Positions 1 to 10,298 of a stretch of 64,000 bases of DNA are shown piece by piece. The stretch comes from Octopus sinensis (Eukaryota), in NCBI RefSeq assembly GCF_006345805.1, contig NC_043010.1:36952001-37016000 (forward strand). Reading direction: 5' to 3'. How positions within the stretch are numbered: the first letter of the stretch is position 1; each line of letters begins with the position of its first letter. Both the position numbers and the translations under genes were made by a program. A model generated the notes under the pieces. The model searched no databases, was not told the origin of the DNA, and worked only from the letters and a program-made list of their open reading frames with translations.

Positions 1-100
1 AGCCACACCAGGTTGCCATAGTCTGTTTTTGTATAGTTTCTACTAATGGGTGCCTTTCTTAATGCCAACCACTTTACAGATGTACTGAGTGCTTTAATGC
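1..100 (-). mobile_element. RTE-LINE 3'UTR/tail fragment
   Basis: Degenerate match to the tail motif seen throughout the window (reverse of GTGGTTGGCATTAGGAAGGGCATCC...). Confidence 0.6.
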
Positions 101-371
101 AGAGGGGTACATTTGATAAATGGGATGGTCACAACTGGAATGATTTTAAGTATAGGTTTACTCAGTCAGGCTGGACCTGAAGTTAATACTCATCATCATA
201 AGCATGTAAATCCCAGTTTTGTTTTGTTATCCAATGTGTCCTGTTTTTAAGATGGTAAAGTGTGATTTCAGTGGAATTTTATTACCAATTTCTTCCTAGT
301 TTAGCAACTGCATCCAGGCTCCTTCATTGTTGGTATTGAGTGGTAGCATGCCTCAGCTAAGAATCCATAAA

Positions 372-678
372 AGTAAAGACCCCCTTCGGTCATGAATGAC
401 CAGGGGATTGCACCTAGGAAGTTACCCTCTAAGGCACAAGTTCAGGCAAGGATTTCACCCATACATACCAGCCTCCACTTTCCATGCCACTGATGTTGTC
501 CAAGGAAAGGCAAAAGCCAATGCAGCTTGACACCAGTGATGTCACAACTCATTTCTACAGCTGAGTGAACTGGAGCAACATGAAGTAAAGTGTCTTGCTC
601 AAGAACGCAAAACACATCCCTGTCCAGGAATCGAACACACTTTCATGATTGTGAACTTGATGCTCTAACCACTGAGCC
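372..678 (-). mobile_element. tRNA-derived SINE, family D
   Basis: The reverse strand begins GGCTCAGTGGTTAGAGCATC (A-box like) with GTTCGATTCC (B-box), then CTTGAGCAAGACACTTTA...GTTGCTCCAGTTCACTCAGCTGTAGAAATGAG, and ends GGTCATTCATGACCGAAGGGGGTCTTT. Related copy at 38048. Confidence 0.75.
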
Positions 679-805
679 TTGAATCCATACACAATCTATT
701 ACCCTGTGGCATTGGAATCAACTGGGAAAACCAGTTATGTCATTTGTGGTAGTTCAAATGTAATTCTGTCATGTGTATAGTTCAGGCTAAAAGCATAATC
801 TATGA

Positions 806-1003
806 TTAACCCTTTAGCATTTAAACTGGCCATATCCAACCCAAATGTTCCACCTATTTTATATTCAAACTGACCAGATCTAGCCTCTCATACCCATCCT
901 ACAATTTCATTCTAAAAGTAAACAATTGCATCACTGAGATCTTGAAGCTACGAGATATTATGCATCATTAATTCAAAACAATGTGAATAAATAAACATTA
1001 CAT
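806..1003 (+). mobile_element. piggyBac-type MITE (P1), right end truncated
   Basis: Starts TTAA+CCCTTTAGCATTTAAA, same body as the complete copy at 20674-20902. Confidence 0.75.
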
Positions 1004-1093
1004 AAAATGAAACCGTATTAAATGGGAGGTATTATAATATTATAGCAGCATAAATAGAGATAGGTGCTTTGTTAGCTATCTTTAACAGTGATA

Positions 1094-1477
1094 TACTCTT
1101 TTACTTGTTTCAGTCATTTGACTGCGGCCATGCTGGAGCACCGCCTTTAGTCGAGCAAATCGACTCCAGAACTTATTCTTTGTAAGCCTAATACTCATTC
1201 CACCAGTCTCTTTTACCGAACCACTAAGTTACGGGGACATAAACACACCAGCATCGGTTGTCAAGCGATGTTGTGGGGGACAAACACGCACACACACACT
1301 CACATATATATACATATATATGACGGGCTTTCAGTTTCCGTCTACCAAATCCACTCACAAGGCTTTGGTTGGCCTGAGGCTATAGTAGAAGACGCCCAAA
1401 GTGCCACGCAGTGGAACTGAACCCGGAACCATGTGGTTGGTAAGCAAGCTACTTACCACACATCCACTCCTGCGCCT
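1094..1477 (-). mobile_element. tRNA-derived SINE, family A (full length)
   Basis: Reverse strand head GGCGCAGGAGTGGATGTGTGGTAAG...GGTTCAGTTCCA, central (TA)/(CA) spacer, tail ...CCAGCATGGCCGCAGTCAAATGACTGAAACAAGTAAAAGAG. Confidence 0.9.
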
Positions 1478-1850
1478 ATACGAATACAAATGATGATGAT
1501 TAGCATCACTGAAAGACTGATAACTCCAGGAACTTACTGTTATGCTCACCAAGCACTTAATGATCTAAAGTTAAGATAAAATTAGGAAACAAGTTGCAGT
1601 AATTAAGATCTAATGTCATGAAATAACGAAGCAAGTTAACCCTTTGCCTTTTATGTATCACATTGGACAAAGCTGTATCAGAGATGAAGGTCCAAGTTTC
1701 TGTTCTTCCTCTCACCACATCAATTGCTTTTGAAAGAAGGCATTTAAACCATTTGATACGAAACTGTTTGAAACTGCCATTAGTTCTTCCGTACAAATTC
1801 TATATTTTAAAGTGATCTAAGTTTCAAAAGAAGAATCAGAATTTTGTGTT

Positions 1851-2398
1851 ACTCTTTTATTTGTTTCAGTCATTTTGATTGCGGCCATGCTGGAGCACTG
1901 CCTTTAGTCAAACAATAGTACTTATTCTATCGGTCTCTTTTGCTGAACTGCAAAGTTACGGGGGACATAAGCATACCAACATCAGTTGTCAAGCAATGGT
2001 GGGGAGACAAACACACACACATATATATATATGATATTCTTCTTTCAATTTCTTATTTCTTTACTGCCCACAAGGGGCTACACACAGAGGGGTCAAACAA
2101 GGACAGACAAACGGATTAAGTCGATTATATCGACCCTGAAGGGATGAAAGGCAAAGTCAACCTTGGCGGAATTTGAACTTAGAACGTAGCGGCAGACGAA
2201 ATACCGCTAAGCATTTCACCCTGTGTGCTAACGTTTCTGCCAGCTCACCACCTTTCAGTTTCTGTCTACCAAATCCACTCACAAGGCTTTGGTCGGCCCA
2301 AGACTACAGTAGAAGACATTTACCCAAGGTTCCACGCAGTGAGACTGAACCTGGAACTATGTGCTTGGAAAGCATCCTTCTTACCACACAGCCACTCT
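1851..2398 (-). mobile_element. SINE family A interrupted by a nested family B SINE
   Basis: 3' half at 1851-2040 and 5' half at 2251-2398 are separated by the family B copy. Confidence 0.8.
2050..2253 (-). mobile_element. CORE-type tRNA SINE, family B (nested)
   Basis: Reverse reads AAGGTGGTGAGCTGGCAGAAACGTTAGC...GTTCAAATTCCGCC...GACTTTGCCTTTCATCC (CORE-like domain)...CCCCTTGTGGG. Confidence 0.85.
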
Positions 2399-2444
2399 GA
2401 CATAAAAGAGTTTATGTTGTGTTTGCCTTAAAACGTCTCCTCTC

Positions 2445-3140
2445 ACAAAGCAATTCATGGTATCTGAATATCATGACTGGAACAGCTCCATTTCCTTTGC
2501 TGATACATTTTCAATAAACTGGTCCACAGTTTCCTTAACTTCAAGGCATTCACTATTAAGAATCCTTTTTAGTGTTACACATTCTACATTACAATATTCG
2601 AGCTAGTTTTGATTGCGTTACTCTGCCAAATCCAGCTGCTTTTCGATTCATCCACTCTTTCCATGACATTCTATTAAACGCTACAAATCATTCACATTCA
2701 CTTTCGTTGGCCAGTTCAGCCAATTTATTGATGATTGCATGGTCGAACAATGATGATGATGATTTCTTCAAACTCCAAGAAATCATTCTATGCAACTGAT
2801 TATGACTTCTTTCAAACTCTGTTTATACACTTACTTACTGTGTCCCAAATAGTCTCATATTAGCTTTAGCTTTCATCATTCGGTAGTTTTTTTTTTTTTT
2901 TGTTTCAAATCTCCCTGATTGTTTATTTTAACCATCTGTTTCTTCAACAAATTATTTGAAAGTGTGATGAAAGCAGTAGACCTTGATATTAAAAATTACA
3001 TCCTGATATGTGAGCTGAATTAAGGAAGTGGTGTTTGATGGTAGGTGTACTACTTCGGTGAGAATATAGGTCTGAAGGGTGTCGACATTCTGGGAGTAAC
3101 CTGCAGTATTACCAATCATCAGCAGTGCCTTCGGTTCAAG
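2445..3140 (-). pseudogene. Tigger/pogo-like DDE transposase relic
   Basis: - strand peptide KALLMIGNTAGYSQNVDTLQTYILTEVVHLPSNTTSLIQLTYQDVIFNIKVY resembles the DDE_1 motif LLLLDNAPGHP...VVFLPPNTTSLIQPMDQGVI. Downstream frames give WDTVSKCINRV*KK..NDFLEFEE and KVNVNDL*RLIECHG, matching the Tigger C-terminal region, with multiple stops. Confidence 0.7.
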
Positions 3141-3143
3141 ATT

Positions 3144-3425
3144 ATATTCTTTTATCCTTTTACTTGTTTCAATCATTTGACTGTGGCCATGCTGGAGCAC
3201 CGTCTTTAGTCGAACAAATAACCTCCAGGACTTATTCTTTGTCAGCTTAGTGTTTATTCTATTGCTCTCTTTTGCTGAACCGCTAAGTTACAGGGGATGT
3301 AAACACACCAACGTCGGTTGTCAAGTGATGGTGGGGGTATAAACACAGACACACAAACATGATGATGATGATGATATATATATATATGTGTGTGTATATA
3401 TATACAATGGGCTTCTCTCAGTTTC
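3144..3425 (-). mobile_element. SINE family A, partial
   Basis: 3' half plus part of the head arm; truncates the Tigger relic. Confidence 0.8.
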
Positions 3426-3493
3426 CATCTTTTTTTAAAACTCTAATACAAAATTATGGTAAGTTCTATTGTCACCCATTGCTTTTTCATTTG

Positions 3494-3595
3494 ATTTCCC
3501 CAAAACACTTGATGAAGGCTGGAGAGTATATCAGTCGAAACGTTGTATTAACAAACAAGATGAGAACAAATATCTGTCAAATGTAAATATTGTAA
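3494..3595 (+). mobile_element. Penelope-like 3' tail with degenerate minimal hammerhead ribozyme
   Basis: AAACAC-TTGATGA-A-GGCTG(gagagtatat)CAGTC-GAAAC-GTT-GTATT; homologous to 27965-28069. Confidence 0.65.
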
Positions 3596-4289
3596 AGATT
3601 TTTTTTTTTTAACAAACATAAAACGTAGGCCAAGTGCACATCTTCTGATCCACTAGGTTGGTGAAAGAACCACTTCCTCTGTACATTTTTAGAATACTCA
3701 AAACAATTATTTTGTCTCCTCCTACATATGTATGCATCCATGTATTATTATATGTCTAGATTTGTTTATTGTTTTTCTTGACTATTTGTTAGCTTCTTTC
3801 AATTCCTTCATAATAAGGAAATTGCTTTTCTATTTATATAAATAAATATGTTTTTTTTTTTTTATTTTCATGTTGAACTTTCAAAGATACTGATAATAAG
3901 TTTGTAAACATTTAGTCATCTATGGTTAGTGAAGAAAAGGCTTAATTCATCTACCTTGCACTTCTTCTGATAACGTCTATCATTTCCAGTCAGGATATAT
4001 CCATAAGGAGCCCTACTGGCCAGATCCTTACAACAAATTCCCTCAGCTCATATGACCACCATGTCCATCTCGAGCAACAGCCTCTCGGCAAATGAGTCCC
4101 ATGCTAGTTATCCTTCCACTCACATGACCTCCTTTGCTCCTCCTCCTCTCCTGTCAAAGCCCTTCAGCTGTTCATGTGACATCACTGACCTATACTTCTG
4201 GCCCACCTCAGCCCATCATCCATTTTAGAAATATGTTAAACCCTTCAACTGGAAAATTAAATTTTGTAGTTATTCCAATAAACGTGTTA

Positions 4290-4600
4290 AATCATCGTCA
4301 TCGTTATCATTTAATGTCCGTTGTCCATGCTGGCATGGGTTGGACAGTTTGACTGGGCTGGCACGCTGGAGGACTGCGCCAGTCTCCCGTCTGATTTGGT
4401 ATGGTTTTCTACAGCTGGATGCCCTTCCTAACACCAACCACTCTAAAAGTGTAATGGATGTTTTACGTGCCACCAGCATGAGTGCCATTTGCATGACACT
4501 GGTATCTACCATGACTGCCACTTTACTTACCTTGATGGGTCTTCTTCTCAAGCACAACATAATGCCAAAGGTCTTGCTTGTTGCCTCTGTAAGGCCCAAC
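4290..4600 (-). mobile_element. RTE-LINE 3' end (ORF terminus, 3'UTR and (GAT)n-like tail)
   Basis: Reverse strand FQVLGLTEATSKTF..VLEK.T ORF end, then GGTTGGTGTTAGGAAGGGCATCCAGCTGTAGAAA...GGACATTAAATGATAACGATG. Confidence 0.75.
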
Positions 4601-4797
4601 ACTTGAAAGGAACTTGGCCACTTTGCCCCCACAGGGCCCAGTGCTCAAAAGGAACTCAGCCACCTTACCTCTATGAGGCCAACACTCGAAAGGAACTCAG
4701 CTACTTGCCTCCATGAGGCCCAATGCTTGAAAGGAACTCAGCCACTTGTCTCCATGAGACCCAACACTCAAAAAGGAACTCAGCCACTACGCCTCTG
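4592..4797. repeat. ~41-bp minisatellite, about 5 copies
   Basis: Repeated AGGCCCAACACT(C/T)GAAAGGAACTCAGCCACTT(A/G)CCTC(C/T)ATG. Confidence 0.85.
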
Positions 4798-4860
4798 TTA
4801 ATAAATATCTACCAAAAATTAGAACTGGTATTTTCTGCAAGTCATGTTGCCTTAATAATC

Positions 4861-5277
4861 TTAACATATCTTTTATCTTTTACTCATGTCAGCCTTTGGA
4901 CTGTGGCCATCCTGGAGCACCACTTTCAAAGGTTTTAGCTGAATGAGTCAACTCCAGTACTTTTTTTTTGCAGTAAAAGTGACTGACACGATAAGCCTGG
5001 TACTTATTTTATTGGTCACTTTTACTGAATTGCTAGGTTATAAGGATGTAAACAAACCAGCACTGGTTGTGAAGCAGTGATGTGGAACAGACAGACAGAC
5101 ACACACACACACACACATATACAACAGGCTTCTTTCAGTTTCCATCTACCAAATCCACTCACAAGGCCTGGAGTCATAGTTGAAGACACTTGCCCATTGT
5201 GCCATGCAGTGGGACTGAACACTGAATCATGTGGTTAGGAAACAAGCTTCTTACCACACACCCACATCTGCACTTAT
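4861..5277 (-). mobile_element. SINE family A (diverged)
   Basis: Both arms recognisable in reverse orientation. Confidence 0.8.
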
Positions 5278-5483
5278 AGCCTTACCAGCAAAAAGTAGTT
5301 TTAAACATAACATTCCTCAGCAAAAAATAGGTGGCTTTATAAAAATGCTTATTGCAGTTAAGGGTAATTGAACTTCAAGATGATAAATCTTCTGTAGTAA
5401 AAGGGTTTAAATTATTATTATTATTTATTTATTTATTTATTTATTGCTTTGTATTTTGAAATTAATTCTGCTATTAATCCATA

Positions 5484-5865
5484 GGCACAGGAGTGGCTGT
5501 GTGGTAAGTAGCTTGCTTACCAACCACATGGTTCTGGGTTCAGTCCTACTGCATGGTACCTTGCGCAAGTGTCTTCTACTATAGCCTTGGGCCGACCAAA
5601 GCCTTGTGAGTGGATTTAGTAGACGGAAACTGAAAGAAGCCTGTCACATATATATGTGTGTATATATATGTATACACACATATATGTGTGTTTGTGTGTC
5701 TTTGTTTGTCCCCCAACATTGCTTGACAACTGATGGTGGTGTGTTTACGTCACCATAACTTAGCAGTTCGGCAAAAGAGACTGATAGAATAAGTACTAGG
5801 CTTCCAAAGAATAAGTCCTGGGGTCGATCTGGCCGCAGTCAAATGACTGAAACAAGTAAAAGAGA
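5484..5865 (+). mobile_element. SINE family A (full length)
   Basis: GGCACAGGAGTGGCTGTGTGGTAAG...GGTTCAGTCC...GCAGTCAAATGACTGAAACAAGTAAAAGAG. Confidence 0.9.
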
Positions 5866-6261
5866 GATATGTGGCTTATATTCTTTTTTTTTTTTTTCCA
5901 TTTTATGTATTACCAGGTATGTTAAACGCAATGTCAGTTAATTGGTAAATATTAAGTTGCTAGACTACTTAAGTGTTCCACATAACCAACATGTAGACTG
6001 TTCACTGATCACTTTGTAATTGTTTCAAATTGGTAATCTACTTTTTATTACTAAGTCATTGTCCTACTGCTAAACAAGGAAATAGTTCAGTTAGCTAGCA
6101 TTAATATATCTAATGCAGAGATCATTATTGTGTTAACTAGAAATAATTATGTTATGAGAACAAAAACAAAATTTGTCAATGGCATATATTATATTATTTC
6201 AGTAAGTATGGGAGACAACTCTGGACATGTTCAAGTATTATTAAGACCTCGTCAATGAAGC

Positions 6262-6515
6262 ATAGATTTCACTGCACTTGCTCTCTTCTCCAATTTTCTT
6301 GTCAGGATGGTCTTGAGCAGTGACTCATGGTGCATTGAAGGTCCAAAATATGATTGTTTTGAGGGCTTGATTCTCAACAATGTGTCTTTGGACTTTTAGC
6401 TTTTCTATTACTGCAGCACTTGTTACTTTGTCTTTCCAGCTTATTCTGCCTGATCTTTGAAAGAGTCACATCTTTAAGGCTTCTTTCACCTCCATTGCCA
6501 AATGCATTATCCCAA
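6262..6515 (-). pseudogene. RTE-clade LINE ORF C-terminal relic
   Basis: - strand RISWKDKVTSAAVIEKLK...HESLLKTILTRKLEKRAS with frameshifts. Confidence 0.65.
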
Positions 6516-6521
6516 TTTCTT

Positions 6522-6688
6522 ATTTCTTTATTGCCTACAAGGAGCTAAACATAGAGGGGACAAACAAGGACAGACAAAGGGATTAAGTTGATTACATCAA
6601 CCCCAGTGCATAACTGGTACTTAATTTATCAACCCCAAAACGATGAAAAGAAAAGTCGACCTTGGCGGAATTTGAACTCAGAACGTGT
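6522..6688 (-). mobile_element. SINE family B, 5' truncated
   Basis: CORE-like ACTGGTACTTAATTTATC...AAAGTCGACCTTGGCGGAATTTGAACTC on the + strand. Confidence 0.85.
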
Positions 6689-6860
6689 ATGTATATTTAT
6701 AGGTCCAGTAGTGGCTATGCGGTAAGAAGCTTGCTTCCCAACCACATAGTTCCAGGTTCAGTCCCACTGCATGACACCTTGGGCAAGTGTCTTCTACTAT
6801 AACCTCGGGCTGACCAAAGCCTTATAAATGGATTTGGTAGACAGAAACTGAAAGAAGCCT

Positions 6861-6899
<39 letters not shown>

Positions 6900-7192
6900 C
6901 TATGTTTTTACTCCGGAGGGGAACCTTTGAGGTGCATCCATGGTCATTCATGACCAACGGAGACAAGAGAGTTATGATGAGTTCAGTAAAAAATTCAGAT
7001 TCAGATGAATATGGTACTTAAGTTGAGGGACCAGAATTTAGTATGATATCCATACCATGCAGCTGAAGATTGCTCTACAATTTAAATTGATGTAATGAAA
7101 TGATTGCATTGTTCAATTGAATGGAGTCATATGAAACGATCATACTGCATTACCTCTGGATATCCTTGTTGCTCATTTTGGTTATATATATA

Positions 7193-7575
7193 TACTCTTT
7201 ACTCTTTTACTTGTTTCAGTCATTTGACTGCGGCCATGCTGGAGCACCGCCTTTAGTCAAGCAAATCAACGCCAGGACTTATTCTTTGTAAGCCCAATAC
7301 TTATTCTATCGGTCTCTTTTGCCGAACCACTAAGTGACGGGGATGTAAACACACCAGCATCGGTTGTCAAGCAATGCTAGGGGGACAAACACAGACACAT
7401 AAATATATATATATATATATACATATATACGACAGGCTTCTTTCAGTTTCCGTATACCAAATCCACTCACAAGGCATTGGTCTGCCCGAGGCTATAGCAG
7501 AAGATACTTGCCCAAGATGCCAGAACCATGTGGTTGGTAAGCAAGCTACTTACCACACAGCCACTCCTGCGCCTA
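7193..7575 (-). mobile_element. SINE family A (near full length, internal deletion in head arm)
   Basis: Close match to the consensus from other copies. Confidence 0.9.
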
Positions 7576-8457
7576 TATATATATATATTATTTATTTATT
7601 TATTTATTTATACATACACATGTATGTGTACAGTTTTTTTTATTCTTTACTGCTTTTAGTCAGTGGATTATGGCTATGTTCAGGCATCAGTTTATTCCTA
7701 GATACACACAGTGGTAGTGGGTCATAGCTGGAATACTTTTGGTCAGGCTGACACCTATGACAATAACCCATGGCTTTTGCTACTTTATCCCTTCCACCAA
7801 CAGTCCCCAAGCCCCTGAAATGTCATAGAATCTCCTCTGACAAAAACCCATTTAAAATAAAAATAATAAATAGCTTCAATTTTTGCCTTTACTGGCTCTA
7901 CCACTATTTCTCTTCAAATTCCAATGGTTATATTGGATTATCAGAAACATGTCTTTCTTCTATCCCACTCCTCTACATTTTCAATTCTTTAATGTATTTC
8001 CTTAAGGATTTCACCCTCTTTCCCTTGCTCCCCACATCATCACTTTTCTGTTTCTCTTCTTAGGCTATTAAGCTTGCTCCTCTCTCACTACCTCTCTTTT
8101 TCTCTCTCATTAATGACCTTCTCACATTCCATCTTGTCCTTACCCTTTCCAGTGACTGTTCTGACCCCCTTTTTAAACATTTGGCATGCCATTACACTTA
8201 ACTTATATTGCCTCAAGTCTTCGAATTCTTCAAAGGTCTAATTCCTATGAGCTTAAATTTTTTTCCCATTTTTATTTATTTTTTTTATTAGTTTTCCATT
8301 CACTCAACAAATCTTTATAGTACAATGTACACACAGTTTCTCAAATACATAGATGAACTATCTACTTCAATTTAAAATGATTTCTTTTTCTCTTTTTCTT
8401 TTATTAACCAATGAAAGACAGCCTGTCATAAGCATTTTTTTTTTCTTATGTGGAAAG

Positions 8458-8830
8458 ATGCAGGCATGGCTGTGTGGTTAAGAAGTTCCTCTTCATAATC
8501 ACATGGTCCTTGGTTCAGTCCCATTGCCTAGCACCTCAGGCATGTGTCTTCAACTACAGCTCTATTTTATGAATAAAATTGGTAGATGAAAACTGTATGG
8601 AAGCCCGTTGTGTGTGTGTGTGCGCGTGTGTGTGTATGTGTGTTCAAACCACTTGATAACCAGTGTTAGTTTGTTTACATCCTTGTAACTTAGCAGGTCA
8701 GCAAAAGTATCTGACAGAATAGGTTAAGTACTGGGCTTAAATAAATATGAACTGTAATTAATTTGTTCAACTAAATCATTGAAGACGATACTCCAGCATG
8801 GCCACAGTCCAGTGATTGAAACAAATAAAA
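8458..8830 (+). mobile_element. SINE family A, old diverged copy
   Basis: GCAGGCATGGCTGTGTGGTTAAGAAG...CCAGCATGGCCACAGTCCAGTGATTGAAAC. Confidence 0.75.
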
Positions 8831-9467
8831 ACATAGAATATGTAATAGATTGTTATACACACACACACACACACAGCTCAATATGTGTGAGTATTATGGA
8901 TAACAGGGGAATTAACCATCAGCTATGAATAAGTAAATAAACTCTACTAGGGTGATAGAGTACATTTTCTTTCATTTGTACCTCTTTACGTAACTAAACA
9001 CATAAGGTTGCATCTCAACATACCTCAGTACTGAACCAGAAGCTAGTGTTTATAGTCTTTGTAACTTCCAAGGTCTTAGTTTTCCATTATCCTCCAATGC
9101 TTCAACCATCTGGTGTCTACAGAGGAGTCTCTATGTGGTTGCTTGGTCTACTAAAAATAACAGCTAAGAATCTCCCTTCATAAAAATGAAACATTACATC
9201 GATTAAGGTCCTAGATGCCTAAAAAAGAAAATGCCTTAAACAAAATTTTTTTTAGTCATAGGTTTTCTCAATCAGAAATGACTTGAGGCTGAATAACAAC
9301 TGCTTCAAAACTTCCCCATTGTTTATTTGAATAGGTTACTCATGGCTATTTCAACTCATCTGTATGAGTTTGTATGTATGTAATAGGAAGTAAGACTCAC
9401 TGTATTCATGCATGATGCTTACTTGCTTGATGAGCTACTTCACAAAACCTTTTTGTTTTAGAATAAC

Positions 9468-9704
9468 AAATGAAATGAGGAAGGCTTCTAACAATGCAGA
9501 GATGAAAGTTGAAAAGCCTTTATATATTTTGAGTACAAAGGTCATCTTCAGAAGGGTACCTTCAAAGAAATGTTTGTCTAGTCTATATAGATCACACACA
9601 TTTCTTTGACTGAACCCTTCTGAAGATGGGCCTTTACACCCAAGATATATAAAGGTTTTTCAACTTTCATCCCTGCATTGTTAGAAGTTTTCCTCATTTC
9701 ATTT
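9468..9704. repeat. ~240-bp imperfect foldback inverted repeat
   Basis: 9468-9557 is the reverse complement of 9614-9704; inner TCAAAGAAATGT/ACATTTCTTTGA; centre CTATATAG. Confidence 0.9.
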
Positions 9705-9948
9705 ATTACTTTACTTCTATACTACAATGCTTCAAGCAAACTACAACACTCTACATTTTTTTTCACCCTGTTTTCTCAGCTATTTTACCTTTGTCCTCAT
9801 GTCACTGAAAAAAACAATATTCCCCCACCCATTCACTGTTTTTATTTTACTTGATTCAGTCATTATTGGACTCTGAGCCATGTGGATTTAGCCAAATTGG
9901 CCTCAGTATTTGATGTTTTTAAAGCCTTGGTGCTTATACTATTTATAT

Positions 9949-10140
9949 CATGCATGGGCAACCTGCGGCCCTCAAAGAGTTTCTAAGGTTACTAATTTCA
10001 TACTAAGACAAATAAAATTAAGAAATTCAGTGTCAAGTGGGCAAGTAATATTTAATGTATATGTGTTTTATCATGTGGCCCTCTCCCACTTGGAAATGGT
10101 ACGATGCAGCCTCCAGTTGAGGAAAAGTTGCCTATCCCAG
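9949..10140. mobile_element. hAT-type MITE nested in SINE
   Basis: TIRs CATGCATGGGCAAC / GTTGCCTATCCCAG; 8-bp TSD ATTTATAT / ATTTATAG. Confidence 0.75.
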
Positions 10141-10260
10141 ATTTATAGCTTTTTGCTGAATCACTAAGTTATAGGGATGTAAACAAACCAACATCAATGG
10201 TCAAGAGATGGTGGGGGACAAACACACACGTGCGTGTGTATGTATGTGTGTGTGTGTGTG

Positions 10261-10297
<37 letters not shown>

Positions 10298-10298
<1 letters not shown>

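Noticed and set aside
1538-1564. - strand 27-nt exon-like segment (IIKCLVSIT) with good splice signals
   Set aside because: Isolated, short and expected by chance in AT-rich DNA; no supporting neighbours.
3960-4230. GC-richer Ser/Pro-rich open frame
   Set aside because: No splice pair or recognisable domain; probably an old TE fragment.
7930-8250. Possible gag-like CCHC knuckle on the - strand
   Set aside because: Requires a frameshift and substitutions; the region is low-complexity and purine-rich.
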